Source: Thermoanaerobaculia bacterium (GTDB lineage Bacteria > Acidobacteriota > Thermoanaerobaculia > Multivoradales > UBA5704). From it: 64,000 nt of DNA. The notes under the pieces are model-generated. The model was not told the origin of the DNA and did no database searches. It saw nothing but the letters and a program-made list of their open reading frames with translations. A program made the position numbers and the translations under genes. Below, piece after piece: positions 47,628-55,998 of this stretch. The DNA is taken from the NCBI GenBank assembly GCA_036275055.1, contig DASUEN010000170.1:8118-72117 (forward strand). The letters are read 5' to 3'. Every line of letters begins with the position of its first letter. The first letter of the stretch is position 1.

Positions 47628-48697
47628 TGGAAGCCTCCCGAAACCCACAGCTTGACGAGACCGGTGACGAAGATGTTCAGCAACGAGAGCGGGATCATCC
47701 ACTTCCAGCCCAGGTCCATGAGCTGATCGAAGCGGTAGCGCGGGAACGTGCCGCGGAACCAGATGTAGGAGAAGAGGAAGACCAGCGCCTTGAGGATGAA
47801 CCAGATCGGCCCCGGGATGACGGACAGCCACGGCAGCAGGTGCGGGAACGGCGGCAGCCAGCCGCCGAAGAAGAGCGTCGTCGCCACCGCCGAGATCACG
47901 ATCATGTTGGCGTACTCGCCGAGGAAGAAAAGGGCGAAGCGCATGCCGCTGTACTCGGTGTGGAACCCCGCCACCAGCTCCGACTCCGCCTCCGGCAGGT
48001 CGAACGGGTTGCGGTTCGATTCCGCGACCCCGGCCACGAAATAGATGAAGAACGCCACGATCTGCGGAATGACGTACCAGATCTTCTGATCGCGCTGCGC
48101 CTCGACGATCCCCACCAGCGACAGCGTGCCGGCGAGCATCAGCGGCCCCACCAGCGCCAGCCCCTGCGGCACCTCGTAGGAGATCATCTGCGCCGCCGAG
48201 CGCAGGCCGCCCATCAGCGAGAACTTGTTGTTCGACGCCCAGCCGCCGATGATCAGTCCGTAGACGCCGATGGTCGCCATGGCGACGATGAACAGCAGCC
48301 CCGTGTTGACGTCGGTGATGAACCAGTTGAGGTGCCCCAGCTCGCCCTCGCGCGGGCCGACGGGGATCACGGAAAAGATGATGAACGCGGGCCCCACCAC
48401 GAGGCAGGGGGCGAGGATGAAGGCCCACTTCACCGCCTGGCGAGGGAGCGTATCCTCCTTGACCAGCAGCTTCATCACGTCCGCGATCGGCTGCAGGAGC
48501 CCCCACGGCCCCACCCGGTTGGGGCCGAGCCGGGCCTGCATGTAGCCCAGGATCTTGCGCTCGGCAAACGTGAGATAGGTGATGAGCGGCAGGATGCCGA
48601 GGAACAGCAGGACCACGATCTTGATCACCGGCGACACGGCCCAGTAGAAGAGCGTGTCACCCACCGCCTTGTGGAGCGACTCGAACAGCCCGGTCAT
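47624..48697 (-). CDS. nuoH: NADH-quinone oxidoreductase subunit H
   Basis: Start MTGLFESLHKAVG.. overlaps the nuoD stop by 1 nt (ATGA). ..ERKILGYMQARLGPNRVGP.. Confidence 0.9.
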   Translation of the reverse strand: MTGLFESLHKAVGDTLFYWAVSPVIKIVVLLFLGILPLITYLTFAERKILGYMQARLGPNRVGPWGLLQPIADVMKLLVKEDTLPRQAVKWAFILAPCLVVGPAFIIFSVIPVGPREGELGHLNWFITDVNTGLLFIVAMATIGVYGLIIGGWASNNKFSLMGGLRSAAQMISYEVPQGLALVGPLMLAGTLSLVGIVEAQRDQKIWYVIPQIVAFFIYFVAGVAESNRNPFDLPEAESELVAGFHTEYSGMRFALFFLGEYANMIVISAVATTLFFGGWLPPFPHLLPWLSVIPGPIWFILKALVFLFSYIWFRGTFPRYRFDQLMDLGWKWMIPLSLLNIFVTGLVKLWVSGGFH

Positions 48698-49851
48698 CAG
48701 CGGTCGACCTCCCCGAGCACGATGTCGGTGGTGCCGATGATCGCCACGAGGTCGGCGATCAACGCCCCCTTGCACAGCTCGGGGACGGATTGCAGGTTGA
48801 CGAACGACGGCGGACGCACGTGGCAGCGGTAGGGATTCGGCGTGCCGTCGCCCACGATGTAGAAGCCGATCTCCCCCTTGGGGCCTTCGATGCCGTGATA
48901 GACCTCGGCGTCCTTGCCGGCCTTCATCACGCGCGGCCGCTTGGCCATGATCGGCCCCTCGGGGAGCTTGTCCAGGCACTGCTTCAGGATGCGGTTGGCC
49001 TGCCGCATCTCCTCCATGCGCACGAGATAACGGTCGTAGGTGTCGCCGTTCTTACCCAGGGGCACGTCGAACTCCACCTCGGGATACGCCTCGTAGGGCA
49101 TGGCCTTGCGGATGTCCCACGAGATGCCGCTGCCGCGCAGCATGGGGCCGGTGATGCCGTAGTCGATCGCCGTCTCCGGATCGAGCACGCCCACGCCCAC
49201 CGTGCGCTTCTTCCAGATGCGGTTCTCGGTGAGGAGCCCCTCGTACTCGTCGATGCGCGGCAGGAAGCCGTCCACGAACTCGCGGCACTTCTCCGTCCAG
49301 CCCACGGGGAGGTCGTGCGGCTGGCCGCCGGGACGCATGCAGTTGAGCGTCAGCCGGGCGCCGCAGTACTGCTCGAAGAGGTCGAGGATCAGCTCGCGCT
49401 CGCGGAAGGTGTAGAAGAACGGCGTCATGGCGCCGATGTCGATGGCATGGGTGGCGAGCCACAGCAGATGCGACGAGATGCGCTGCAGCTCCGCCAGCAT
49501 CGTCCGGATGTAGCGCGCCCGCGGCGGCACCACCAGCCCCATCAGCTTCTCCACCGCCCCCACGTAGGCGAGGTTGTTGGTCGCCGCCGCCACGTAGTCC
49601 ATGCGGTCGGTGTGGGGGATGTTCTGGAAGTAGGGGTGGAGCTCGAACAGCTTCTCCGTGCCGCGGTGGAGGTAGCCGATGATCGGGTAACAATCGATGA
49701 TCCGCTCCCCGTCCACCCGCAGCTTGAGGCGCAGCACGCCGTGCGTCGACGGGTGCTGGGGGCCGAAGTTCAGCTCCATCTCCTCGGAACGGTTGAGGAG
49801 GTTGTCGCCGAGCGACGGATCGTCGAAAGGCTGGACGAAGGGCTCGCTCAT
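48697..49851 (-). CDS. nuoD: NADH-quinone oxidoreductase subunit D
   Basis: ..NFGPQHPSTHGVLRL.., ..IIGTTDIVLGEVDR C-terminus. Confidence 0.92.
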   Translation of the reverse strand: MSEPFVQPFDDPSLGDNLLNRSEEMELNFGPQHPSTHGVLRLKLRVDGERIIDCYPIIGYLHRGTEKLFELHPYFQNIPHTDRMDYVAAATNNLAYVGAVEKLMGLVVPPRARYIRTMLAELQRISSHLLWLATHAIDIGAMTPFFYTFRERELILDLFEQYCGARLTLNCMRPGGQPHDLPVGWTEKCREFVDGFLPRIDEYEGLLTENRIWKKRTVGVGVLDPETAIDYGITGPMLRGSGISWDIRKAMPYEAYPEVEFDVPLGKNGDTYDRYLVRMEEMRQANRILKQCLDKLPEGPIMAKRPRVMKAGKDAEVYHGIEGPKGEIGFYIVGDGTPNPYRCHVRPPSFVNLQSVPELCKGALIADLVAIIGTTDIVLGEVDR

Positions 49852-50846
49852 GACGGCTTCTCCGATGTCGGCGGGGCCGGTTCCGCGGGCGGTTTCGCCG
49901 GCTTCCAGCCGGTGCCGGTGCCGGCGACGGGGCCTGCCGTCTCCTCGTAATACTCGGGATAGATCGCCGAGCCCGTGTCGATCCCCTCGACGGGGAAGTC
50001 CTTGCGCAGCGGGTAGCCGTTGAACCCTTCCCAGAGGAGAATGCGGGTCATGTCCGGATGGCCGGCGAAGCGCACGCCGTACATGTCGTAGACCTCACGC
50101 TCCGACCAGTTCGCCGCGCGCCACACCCCGCAGACCGTGGGGACGGGAGACTCCTCATCCGTGACCACCCGCAGCCGGATGCGGCGGTTCGTCTCGAAGG
50201 TGTGGAGGTGGTAAACGACGTCGAAGCGCGGCGTGCGCTTCGGGTAGTCGGCGCCGCAGACGTCGATCAGATAGGTGAACCCGTGCTTCGTCTTCAAGGA
50301 GGCGGCGACCTCGGCCAAGGCGTTGCGCTGGATCTGGAGGGTGAGGTCGCCGGCGAAGGTGCGGGCGGACTCGATCTTCTCCCCGAACTCCTCTTTGAGC
50401 GCCGCGGCCAGGGGATCGTCCCCGGCGTCCTTCCAATCGGGGACGATAGGGTCCCGCTCCCAGAGCGGCTTGTTCTCGTCCTCGGCCGGCTTCGGCTTGG
50501 CGGCTGCGGGAGCGGCGGCTCCGGCGGCAGGAGCCGGCTGGCCCGCGGCGGCAGCGGCGGCTTTCGCGGCGGCGGCAGCCTTCGCCTTCTCCAGGGCCGC
50601 GGCCTTGGCGGCAGCTTTCGCCTCGGCATCCGAGGCCGGGGCGGGAGCGGCGGCTGGAGCGGCCGGTTGCTGCACGTCGCCCACGGCGGCTTCCGAGCCC
50701 GCAGCGGTCACCGCGGTATCCGTCTTGGCCTCGGCGACCTCGCGGGCCTTCTGGGCTTCCTCGGTGGGAGCCGCGGCCTCGGCGGGAGCCGCAGGCTGCG
50801 CGGGATCGGGTCCTCCTCCCGCAGGCTTCTCCGGCTCGTCGCTCAT
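49848..50846 (-). CDS. nuoC: NADH-quinone oxidoreductase subunit C with about 150-aa Ala/Pro/Lys-rich N-terminal extension
   Basis: C-terminal 180 aa match the NuoC pattern (..FDVVYHL....N.RIRLRV.., ..[22 protein letters not shown]..). The N-terminus is low complexity. Confidence 0.85.
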   Translation of the reverse strand: MSDEPEKPAGGGPDPAQPAAPAEAAAPTEEAQKAREVAEAKTDTAVTAAGSEAAVGDVQQPAAPAAAPAPASDAEAKAAAKAAALEKAKAAAAAKAAAAAAGQPAPAAGAAAPAAAKPKPAEDENKPLWERDPIVPDWKDAGDDPLAAALKEEFGEKIESARTFAGDLTLQIQRNALAEVAASLKTKHGFTYLIDVCGADYPKRTPRFDVVYHLHTFETNRRIRLRVVTDEESPVPTVCGVWRAANWSEREVYDMYGVRFAGHPDMTRILLWEGFNGYPLRKDFPVEGIDTGSAIYPEYYEETAGPVAGTGTGWKPAKPPAEPAPPTSEKPS

Positions 50847-51355
50847 GCGCGGACCTCAGAGGAGGCCGCCGACGCGGCCTTGGGCTTGGCCACCGTCATG
50901 CGGTCGATCTTGCGTTGCAGGTGGAGGAGCCCCCAGAGGAGGGCCTCCGGCCGCGGCGGGCAGCCGGGCACGTAGACGTCCACCGGGATCACGCGGTCCA
51001 CCCCCTGGGTGACGGCGTAGGTGCGATAGGGGCCGCCGCAGGTGGCGCAGGCGCCCATGGCGAGGGCCCACTTCGGCTCCGGCATCTGGTCCCAGAGGCG
51101 GCGCACGATGGGGGCCATCTTCTCCGTCACCGTGCCGGCGACGATCATGAGGTCGCTCTGGCGCGGCGTGGCGCGAAAGACCTCGGCGCCGAAGCGGGAC
51201 ATGTCGTGCCGCGGGTCGAGGACGGCCATCATCTCGATGGCACAGCAGGCGAGGCCGAACTGCATCGGCCAGATGGCCGAGCGGCGCGCCCAGTTGAAGA
51301 TCTTGTCGTACGTGGTGGTGAGGACGTTCGCCTCGACCGAATCCATCAGGCCCAA
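50843..51355 (-). CDS. nuoB: NADH-quinone oxidoreductase subunit B
   Basis: ..[11 protein letters not shown].., ..[10 protein letters not shown].., ..[11 protein letters not shown].. (N2 cluster cysteines). Confidence 0.92.
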   Translation of the reverse strand: MGLMDSVEANVLTTTYDKIFNWARRSAIWPMQFGLACCAIEMMAVLDPRHDMSRFGAEVFRATPRQSDLMIVAGTVTEKMAPIVRRLWDQMPEPKWALAMGACATCGGPYRTYAVTQGVDRVIPVDVYVPGCPPRPEALLWGLLHLQRKIDRMTVAKPKAASAASSEVRA

Positions 51356-51702
51356 CGCAGCGCCCCCCGATTCCAGATGTAGGCGTACCCCGTGATCAGG
51401 ATGACCAGGAACACGGCCATCTCGATGAACCCGAAGAGGGCCAGGCGGTTGAACATCACCGCCCAGGGGAAGAGGAAGATGGTCTCGACGTCGAAGATGA
51501 CGAAGAGGACGGCGATCAGGTAGTAGCGGATGCTGAAACGGTGGTCATGGGCGAAGGTCTCGGGCTCGTTGCCGCACTCATAGGGGTCGAGGTTGGTATC
51601 GACCGAGCTCCCATGGCGCAGCATCCGGGCAGCCACCAGCGAGACCACCACGAAGACGATGGCCACCAGCGTGAACACGAGGATCGGCAGATAGCTCGTC
51701 AT
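51346..51702 (-). CDS. nuoA: NADH-quinone oxidoreductase subunit A
   Basis: 118 aa, 3 TM helices. ..YECGNEP......[18 protein letters not shown].. Confidence 0.9.
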   Translation of the reverse strand: MTSYLPILVFTLVAIVFVVVSLVAARMLRHGSSVDTNLDPYECGNEPETFAHDHRFSIRYYLIAVLFVIFDVETIFLFPWAVMFNRLALFGFIEMAVFLVILITGYAYIWNRGALRWA

Positions 51703-51867
51703 GGTAGACCGCCTTCACCTCCGTAGATACGACTTGGGGACTCCCCTTTCGCGTGACGCGGCGTATTCTTACCCGGGGGCTGGGGGGTGTGTCAAGGAAG
51801 GGGAACCCCGGGGACCCGATCTCCACCAGGGCTGGAGGGTTCCGCCAGCAACGCCGTACCCGAGAGA

Positions 51868-52202
51868 CCGTAGAGACGACACAGGCCGTAACGATATCCG
51901 TTCCTCTACCACGGGGACGGCGGGTCGTCTCCGGGGCGGGCTGGGACGTTTCGAACCCCTCCAACCGGGGACGGGGCGCCGAACGTCGTCCCACCGTCAA
52001 CCGGGGCGTTCCGCATGCACGTCATCCAAATCGTGGGATAGGGCATTCCGCACCTTCGCGGGAACCCCTAGAGGATAGTAAGGGTCGTCCTCGTGCCGCC
52101 GCTACGCCAGGGTGAGGCCGGCCTGTTCCTCCGATCCGGAGACGACCCGCCGTCCCCGTGGTAGAGGAGAGGATATCGTTACGGCCTGTGTCGTCTCTAC
52201 GG
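51868..52202. repeat. MITE-like element: 67-bp terminal inverted repeats flanking a 201-bp core
   Basis: 51868-51934 ccgtagagacgacacaggccgtaacgatatccgttcctctaccacggggacggcgggtcgtctccgg matches the reverse complement of 52136-52202 except for about 3 mismatches. Confidence 0.85.
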
Positions 52203-52326
52203 ACACGGTGTCGATGGGCTCTGCGGTGGCGAGTCTACGGATCGTCCTCGAGCTCCAATTCGTCCGGCAGGTCCTCCAGATAGGGAATCCTCGCAGCTCG
52301 TCCAGAGAGAAGGGGCAATACAACGC

Positions 52327-52809
52327 TCATTCTTCTTCAGCAAGGATTTCAAAAGCTTCCGCAAACGAGACGCTTCGGGTTTCGCGTAATTCGTTCACAA
52401 CCTCGAACGCTCGAAATAGTGCGGCCTTTCCGGCAGGCACCCACTTCCCTGTTGCCCAATCCTCCTGTACCTCAAGGGCGCCAGCACGGCACTCCACGAA
52501 ACGGAGTTTCCCTTCTCGGTAGTCTTTACCGGGCCTTTCGCGGGCCAGTCGAAGCACCTCTTCAGCCTTCAAATCTAATGCCGCGAGAAAAAATGCGTCA
52601 GGATGGAAAGAATGCAGATCAAAACCGAGCCCCAAGAGCTTAATCGCATTGGGCCGTATATACTTAAGAAGGTCTCGAGAGATTTCTTCCCCTATCCCTC
52701 GCTCTACAGATGCGAAAGGGTGAGGAATACCCCGAGGTGTGTAGCCTTCCTGCTTCGCCTCCTCCGGCAATTCATCCGTCTCAATTCGGTTGACTCTCAC
52801 GAATGGCAT
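52327..52809 (-). CDS. hypothetical protein (160 aa), translationally coupled partner of the TIR gene
   Basis: ATG at 52809 lies 13 nt inside the end of the TIR ORF. Low GC. No family recognised. Confidence 0.6.
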   Translation of the reverse strand: MPFVRVNRIETDELPEEAKQEGYTPRGIPHPFASVERGIGEEISRDLLKYIRPNAIKLLGLGFDLHSFHPDAFFLAALDLKAEEVLRLARERPGKDYREGKLRFVECRAGALEVQEDWATGKWVPAGKAALFRAFEVVNELRETRSVSFAEAFEILAEEE

Positions 52810-53813
52810 AATACTCTCAACATTTCGTCCAAATAGCGGTTTATGTTTTCGGCCACCGACGATGTCAGGAGCTTAGGAACGGCAGAGATCCTGCTGCTTC
52901 GCGCTTGATACCCGCAGAAGCCATCGCTCGTCAATATTGTAGTGGCCGTATCCAGGATATTTGACAGCTTAGAACCTCGGACTGAACCCTCGTCAACAAT
53001 CTTCGAAAGACTCAGGTACTCCTCACAGGCTTCGAGAAGCCCCGGCTCACCGACCAACTCCCTAAATGCTGCGTTCAAGCCCTCGAAGTCAAACCAACTC
53101 ACTGGGCCAAGTCTTAACTCGATCGAATAACGTTCCAGAGTGCTATCGACTCCGGACATTGGATTCTCTCTCCAATCTAAAAGCCTGACGTTTGGTCCGT
53201 TGAAAAACACAGCGCCACGCGCCTTGGTCTCGGCTTCCTTTTTGGCGAGAATTTTTTTCATGTGGCCATAGAGCGCAACGGGTGGGTTGAACGGATCGTT
53301 ATCGTAAACTATTTGCACTCGCGAGATATTGTAGAATCTATCGCCGGCTCCGACGAGCCGGATCTCTGGAATATCACGAAACAAGCTATTGCTGGCAAAA
53401 TTCTCGACCGAACCCATTTTGTCATATTCTCTGGCTCTTGAAACAAAGAGCATTCTTGCCGCTTCGTTCTTCAGCTCTGCAAGATTTTGCAGATATTTAA
53501 GATGGCCAACCGGAGCTGGAGGCTTCAGATTGAGTTCGGCAAGCAGGCACCAGATCTCGCGCCTCAATGCCCATGCTATTCCAAGCTCAAATAGTACCCA
53601 CTCTGACTTCAAGCTCTCACGAGAGACAATGACTACAAGATGGGTCGCGCTTCTGACTAACTCTCGAAGTGCCTCTGAGACTGCCTGGCCAGGCACCATA
53701 TTCAGCTCATCCATAAGCACACGAAGACCGACAGCCTCCAGGCATTCTCGTACTTCCTTTGCAAATATGGCGTCCTTGCGTGAATAGCTCAAGAGAAACA
53801 ATGGGGCAGCCAT
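52797..53813 (-). CDS. TIR-domain protein with unassigned 200-aa C-terminal domain
   Basis: LFLLSYSRKDAIFAKEVRECLEAVGLRVLMDELNMVPGQ..THLVVIVSRESLKSEWVLFELGIAWAL... Low GC. Confidence 0.75.
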   Translation of the reverse strand: MAAPLFLLSYSRKDAIFAKEVRECLEAVGLRVLMDELNMVPGQAVSEALRELVRSATHLVVIVSRESLKSEWVLFELGIAWALRREIWCLLAELNLKPPAPVGHLKYLQNLAELKNEAARMLFVSRAREYDKMGSVENFASNSLFRDIPEIRLVGAGDRFYNISRVQIVYDNDPFNPPVALYGHMKKILAKKEAETKARGAVFFNGPNVRLLDWRENPMSGVDSTLERYSIELRLGPVSWFDFEGLNAAFRELVGEPGLLEACEEYLSLSKIVDEGSVRGSKLSNILDTATTILTSDGFCGYQARSSRISAVPKLLTSSVAENINRYLDEMLRVLCHS

Positions 53814-53829
53814 CTTGGATCGTACCTCT

Positions 53830-54081
53830 CTATAGTCCAGGCACGTCGTGATTTCTCGACAAACCGCCGACGGTCAAGCCCCAGTTCGCCTGCCAAGATT
53901 GCGAGCCCGATTCGGCGATGTCGCCCGACACGGCTACGAGATCTATGCGGGAGCCCTTGGCGAAGGTCCCCCTGGCGGCTCCGAGATCCTTGAAGAAGGC
54001 CTTTCCCAGTTTGGTGAGGTCCTCGCCCTTGAAGCGACTGTGGGCGCCGAAGTGGAGGTCGGAGAGATGGAGGATGAGCAT
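53830..54081 (-). pseudogene. truncated, frameshifted duplicate of the 5' end of the metallophosphoesterase::TIR gene
   Basis: MLILHLSDLHFGAHSRFKGEDLTKLGKAFFKDLGAARGTFAKGSRIDLVAVSGD.. matches the first residues of 56458..58332. ..LAGELGLDRRRFV.. continues in another frame. Homology ends just after the GNHD codons at about 53838. Confidence 0.85.
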
Positions 54082-54229
54082 GCGGTACCCCGGGTCTTGG
54101 TTCGTGTCTCAGTCCGTTCGCAGACCATTCTATCCTGGACTTTGGGAGGGGCGACTGCTGAGGTCGGCGCCTGCGTGGCCAGCGGAGTGTCGTCTCGTGG
54201 TACTCTCTAAGTGGAAGGAGATCGTGCCG

Positions 54230-54466
54230 ATGAATGACCAAGTCGTGATCCGGGTCGTGCAGTTCCAGGAGGGTGGATGGCTCGTCGCACAGTGTCTGGA
54301 GGTAGACATTGCTGCCCAGGGCAAGACGGAGAGCGACCTCCACTACCAGTTGGGCCGCCTGCTGGTGGGGCGGATCCTGGCGAGCGAGATGCTTGGAGTC
54401 GAGCCCTTCGCTACCCTGCCTCCTGCGCCGAAGCGGTATTGGGACATGTACACCGGGGCAGGATAA
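54230..54466 (+). CDS. small protein, tentatively HicB-like antitoxin fold
   Basis: GGAAGGAG RBS. MNDQVVIRVVQFQEGGWLVAQCLEVDIAAQGKTESDLHYQL.. Confidence 0.4.
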   Translation: MNDQVVIRVVQFQEGGWLVAQCLEVDIAAQGKTESDLHYQLGRLLVGRILASEMLGVEPFATLPPAPKRYWDMYTGAG

Positions 54467-54513
54467 GGGGGCTGGTACTATACTGGCTTGGGTAGGCACC
54501 ATCTGGAGGCGGT

Positions 54514-54762
54514 ATGGCTAGAACCAGAGAAGCACAGGTTTTGCTGGAATCCGAGGAGTACGAATGGTTGGAAGCCATTGCGGCTCAACGCCGGACCTCC
54601 GTCTCGGACTTGATTCGCGAAGCCGTTCGGGACCGGTATCTCTCACTCGCCGAACAGCGTAAGAGAGCCTTCGAGGCAATCTGTCAGATCCACATTCCGA
54701 TCCCAGATTGGGACACACTGGAAAAGGAGATCGCAGAAGCCCATGACAGCGATCTTCCTTGA
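54514..54762 (+). CDS. ribbon-helix-helix antitoxin (VapB-like)
   Basis: ..EYEWLEAIAAQRRTSVSDLIREAVRDRYL... Its end overlaps the start of a PIN-like ORF. Confidence 0.65.
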   Translation: MARTREAQVLLESEEYEWLEAIAAQRRTSVSDLIREAVRDRYLSLAEQRKRAFEAICQIHIPIPDWDTLEKEIAEAHDSDLP

Positions 54763-54841
54763 CGCGAACGTCTTTTTCTATGCGGTCGGGGCTGATCATC
54801 CTCTGCGCGACGCAAGCCAGCAAGTTCTGCGCCGTGCATGA
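54743..54841 (+). pseudogene. truncated PIN-domain (VapC-like) toxin, 32 codons only
   Basis: MTAIFLDANVFFYAVGADHPLRDASQQVLRRA* is the N-terminal PIN strand with its acidic residue, then a stop. Confidence 0.65.
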
Positions 54842-54883
54842 CCATCCGAGGACGTTGAGTTGACCACTCGCCGGAGGAGCCGA

Positions 54884-55045
54884 ATGTCCACATCGCCACG
54901 CCTGAGCCTCGAAGAGCGGCTCCGCCTGTTCGACGAGGCCACGGAGCGACAGCAGGCACGGGAGGCGGGCAGACCCCCGGTGGACAGGGTGACGGAGCGG
55001 GATTGGCGGCGGGAGGATCTCTATATCCGTAGCAGCTCTCGTTGA
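54884..55045 (+). CDS. small hypothetical protein (possible orphan antitoxin fragment)
   Basis: GGAGGAG RBS. MSTSPRLSLEERLRLFDEATERQQAREAGRPPVDRVTERDWRREDLYIRSSSR. Confidence 0.3.
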   Translation: MSTSPRLSLEERLRLFDEATERQQAREAGRPPVDRVTERDWRREDLYIRSSSR

Positions 55046-55275
55046 CTGCCCCGAAGGGGCAAAGGCATGTAGCCTGGGCGGACGCGAAGCGCTGAGCCCC
55101 GGGAAAAGCCGATCCATCCATCCGTTAAAGCCCTGAAAGGGCGACGGCAGCTCATCGTTCGACAGGACTGCCGCCGCCCCTTCGGGGCTTTAGGGGTTTG
55201 TTGGGCCACATCTACCCGGGGCTGGCAAAAGGCGCCAGCCCCGGGCTACATGCCGTCGCCCCTTCGGGGCTGGCG
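55046..55275. repeat. cluster of REP-like palindromic units (GCCCCTTCGGGGC hairpins with GGGCTACATGCC arms)
   Basis: 55046-55078 is an inverted copy of 55238-55270. A third partial unit lies at 55168-55188. The family resembles the 15241..15382 palindrome. Confidence 0.75.
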
Positions 55276-55334
55276 CAACAGCGCCTTTCTATTTTGTCTC
55301 AGAGCTCGGTGAGAGTCCTCCACGCCGATCTCCG

Positions 55335-55600
55335 AGCCCCTCTTGCCAAACTCCAGATCCTCCAGATCGATCTCCAGGTTGTCCTGGAGGGAGGTCTGGA
55401 GCTTCCAGACCTCGGCGTAGATCCTCCACAGCAAGCTCCAGGTCTTCCTGATCAAGGTCTGGACCCTCTGGACCCTGATGCGGGTCCTCCAGACCTCGGT
55501 CTGGGTCGTCCGCAGCAATCTCCCGGTCATCTGCAGCGAGGTCTGGATCCTCGAGAGCAAGGTCCAAGGCTTCTGGAGCAAGGTCTGGACCGCTTGGAAT
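55335..55600. repeat. degenerate 42-bp tandem repeat (about 5-6 units) built around GGTCTGGA/TCCAGACC
   Basis: GGTCTGGA-like cores at 55456, 55498, 55540 and 55582 (42-bp spacing), plus 55393. On the minus strand this encodes 14-aa repeats (V/I)QT(L/S)L.K.W.LL.R. Confidence 0.75.
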
Positions 55601-55820
55601 TCGATTCAGATTATCTGGCCGGTCTTCGCCAGCACAGAACGACCGAGAGCGAGAATCCCGGCGGAGATCAGCACTTTCCAGATATCCTCTGAGGAGGCTT
55701 TCTCCGCCAGCGGGGAAGGCTGCGGGTTTTGATACGGTCCGCTGCCCGCGTAATAGGTCAAAATCATACAAGGGACCGTCTCTCGCGTCCAGACCTGAAG
55801 CTCATGATCGTGCAGACTGA

Positions 55821-55917
55821 TGGCGGAGAGGGCGGGATTCGAACCCACGCGGCGACTTCGAAAGCCGCCGGCTTCCGGGTAGCAACCGGACACTTTGCCA
55901 GGCTCAGTCACCTCTCC
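55821..55917 (-). tRNA. tRNA-Ser (anticodon GCU), class II, 3'-CCA encoded
   Basis: Acceptor GGAGAGG/CCTCTCC. Anticodon arm TCCGG-TTGCTAC-CCGGA. Long variable arm. T arm GTGGG-TTCGAAT-CCCGC. Confidence 0.88.
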
Positions 55918-55918
55918 A

Positions 55919-55995
55919 TGGTGGCTCCGGTGGGATTCGAACCCACACGGGACGGGTTTTGAAGCCGATGCCTCTGCCGGTTGGGCTACGGAGCC
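55919..55995 (-). tRNA. tRNA of uncertain identity: class-I shape, best-fit anticodon CAA, imperfect anticodon stem, CCA encoded
   Basis: Acceptor GGCTCCG/CGGAGCC-A-CCA. D arm GCCCAACCGGCAGAGGC. T arm GTGGG-TTCGAAT-CCCAC. Anticodon region TCGGC-TTCAAAA-CCCGT forms only 3 central base pairs. Confidence 0.55.
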
Positions 55996-55998
55996 AGG

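Noticed and set aside
52327-53813. Calling the TIR C-terminal domain plus the 160-aa partner a split Nudix hydrolase.
   Set aside because: Only fragmentary resemblance exists (..SVAEN.. and ..VERGIGEEI..). The spacing does not fit the GX5EX7REUXEEXGU box. This cannot be supported without a profile search.
55919-55995. tRNA-Sec or an opal suppressor, because the loop can be read CTTCAAA (anticodon UCA).
   Set aside because: It lacks the 8-bp acceptor, the 6-bp D stem and the long variable arm. With that loop register the anticodon stem does not pair. It is kept only as a caveat in the tRNA finding.
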